Of a DNA stretch of 64,000 bases, positions 63,531 to 64,000 are shown piece after piece. A program made the position numbers and the translations under genes. Below the pieces are notes generated by a model, which saw only the letters and a program-made list of their open reading frames with translations, was not told where the DNA came from and ran no database searches. Every line of letters begins with the position of its first letter. Position 1 is the first letter of the stretch. The stretch comes from Octopus sinensis. Taxonomy: Eukaryota. The stretch covers positions 11,098,001 through 11,162,000 of the forward strand of contig NC_043010.1 in NCBI RefSeq assembly GCF_006345805.1, read 5' to 3'.

Positions 63531-64000
63531 TTTATCCCCATAGTTAGGAAAGGATTTTTTCCTCTTGTTTTCCAGGTTAGAAAAATTATCACTATGTTGC
63601 TATATATTCTGTAACAAAATGTTTTTTTTTTGTTTCTTTTTGGTGTGGTTGTTGTTGGGAGTCCTTTTTAGGGGTTTTTAAAAGTTATCAGTTCTCCAAG
63701 TTTCTAGGAAGAGCACGGTATGTAAAAACCAGAGTAGTATGTAAAACATTCCCCTTTTATAGGTGTGCAGAACAGAACAGTAGAATGAGATTCGTTTCAT
63801 GTTTCCAATGAAATGGTATTAAAGCTACATATGAGTATTTTTCCTTTTGTGTCTCAAATTTCATGTATGCAAAGCAACCAACCGACCAACCAACCTGTTT
63901 CAGAAAGATCACACACTAGTAAATAAATTAAAAAGAAAACAATTTTATCAAGAATTACAAAACTATAAAACGCAGGTTAATCCCGAAATGATTCCGGAAA

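Overview
AT-rich, repeat-dominated eukaryotic DNA that looks intronic or intergenic. The SINE families and dense (TA)n/(CA)n/(TAA)n/(GAT)n/(GAA)n microsatellites resemble those I recall from Octopus genomes; this is recognition, not a database result. No complete host gene is supported, and nearly all long ORFs in the supplied track are translations of simple repeats. Supported content: many copies of about five tRNA-type SINE families (several with clear TSDs), LINE 3' ends, a decayed R4/Dong-type RLE retrotransposon (~60940-61955), three (TAA)n-embedded retroposon tails, non-autonomous Helitrons, mariner derivatives, a probable solo LTR with a 4-bp TSD, a 26-bp minisatellite and a 100-N gap. 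The most interesting signals are: (1) several type I hammerhead-ribozyme-like motifs with long stem II and palindromic stem III, in probable Penelope-like fragments next to (TA)n (best at 38128-38231); (2) recurrent foldback hairpins; (3) a ~0.9-kb block where the retrotransposon appears eroded to extreme AT content; (4) a few isolated exon candidates, including a TATA + ATG + GT-donor first exon on the minus strand. Repeat boundaries were read by eye and are approximate unless a TSD is quoted.
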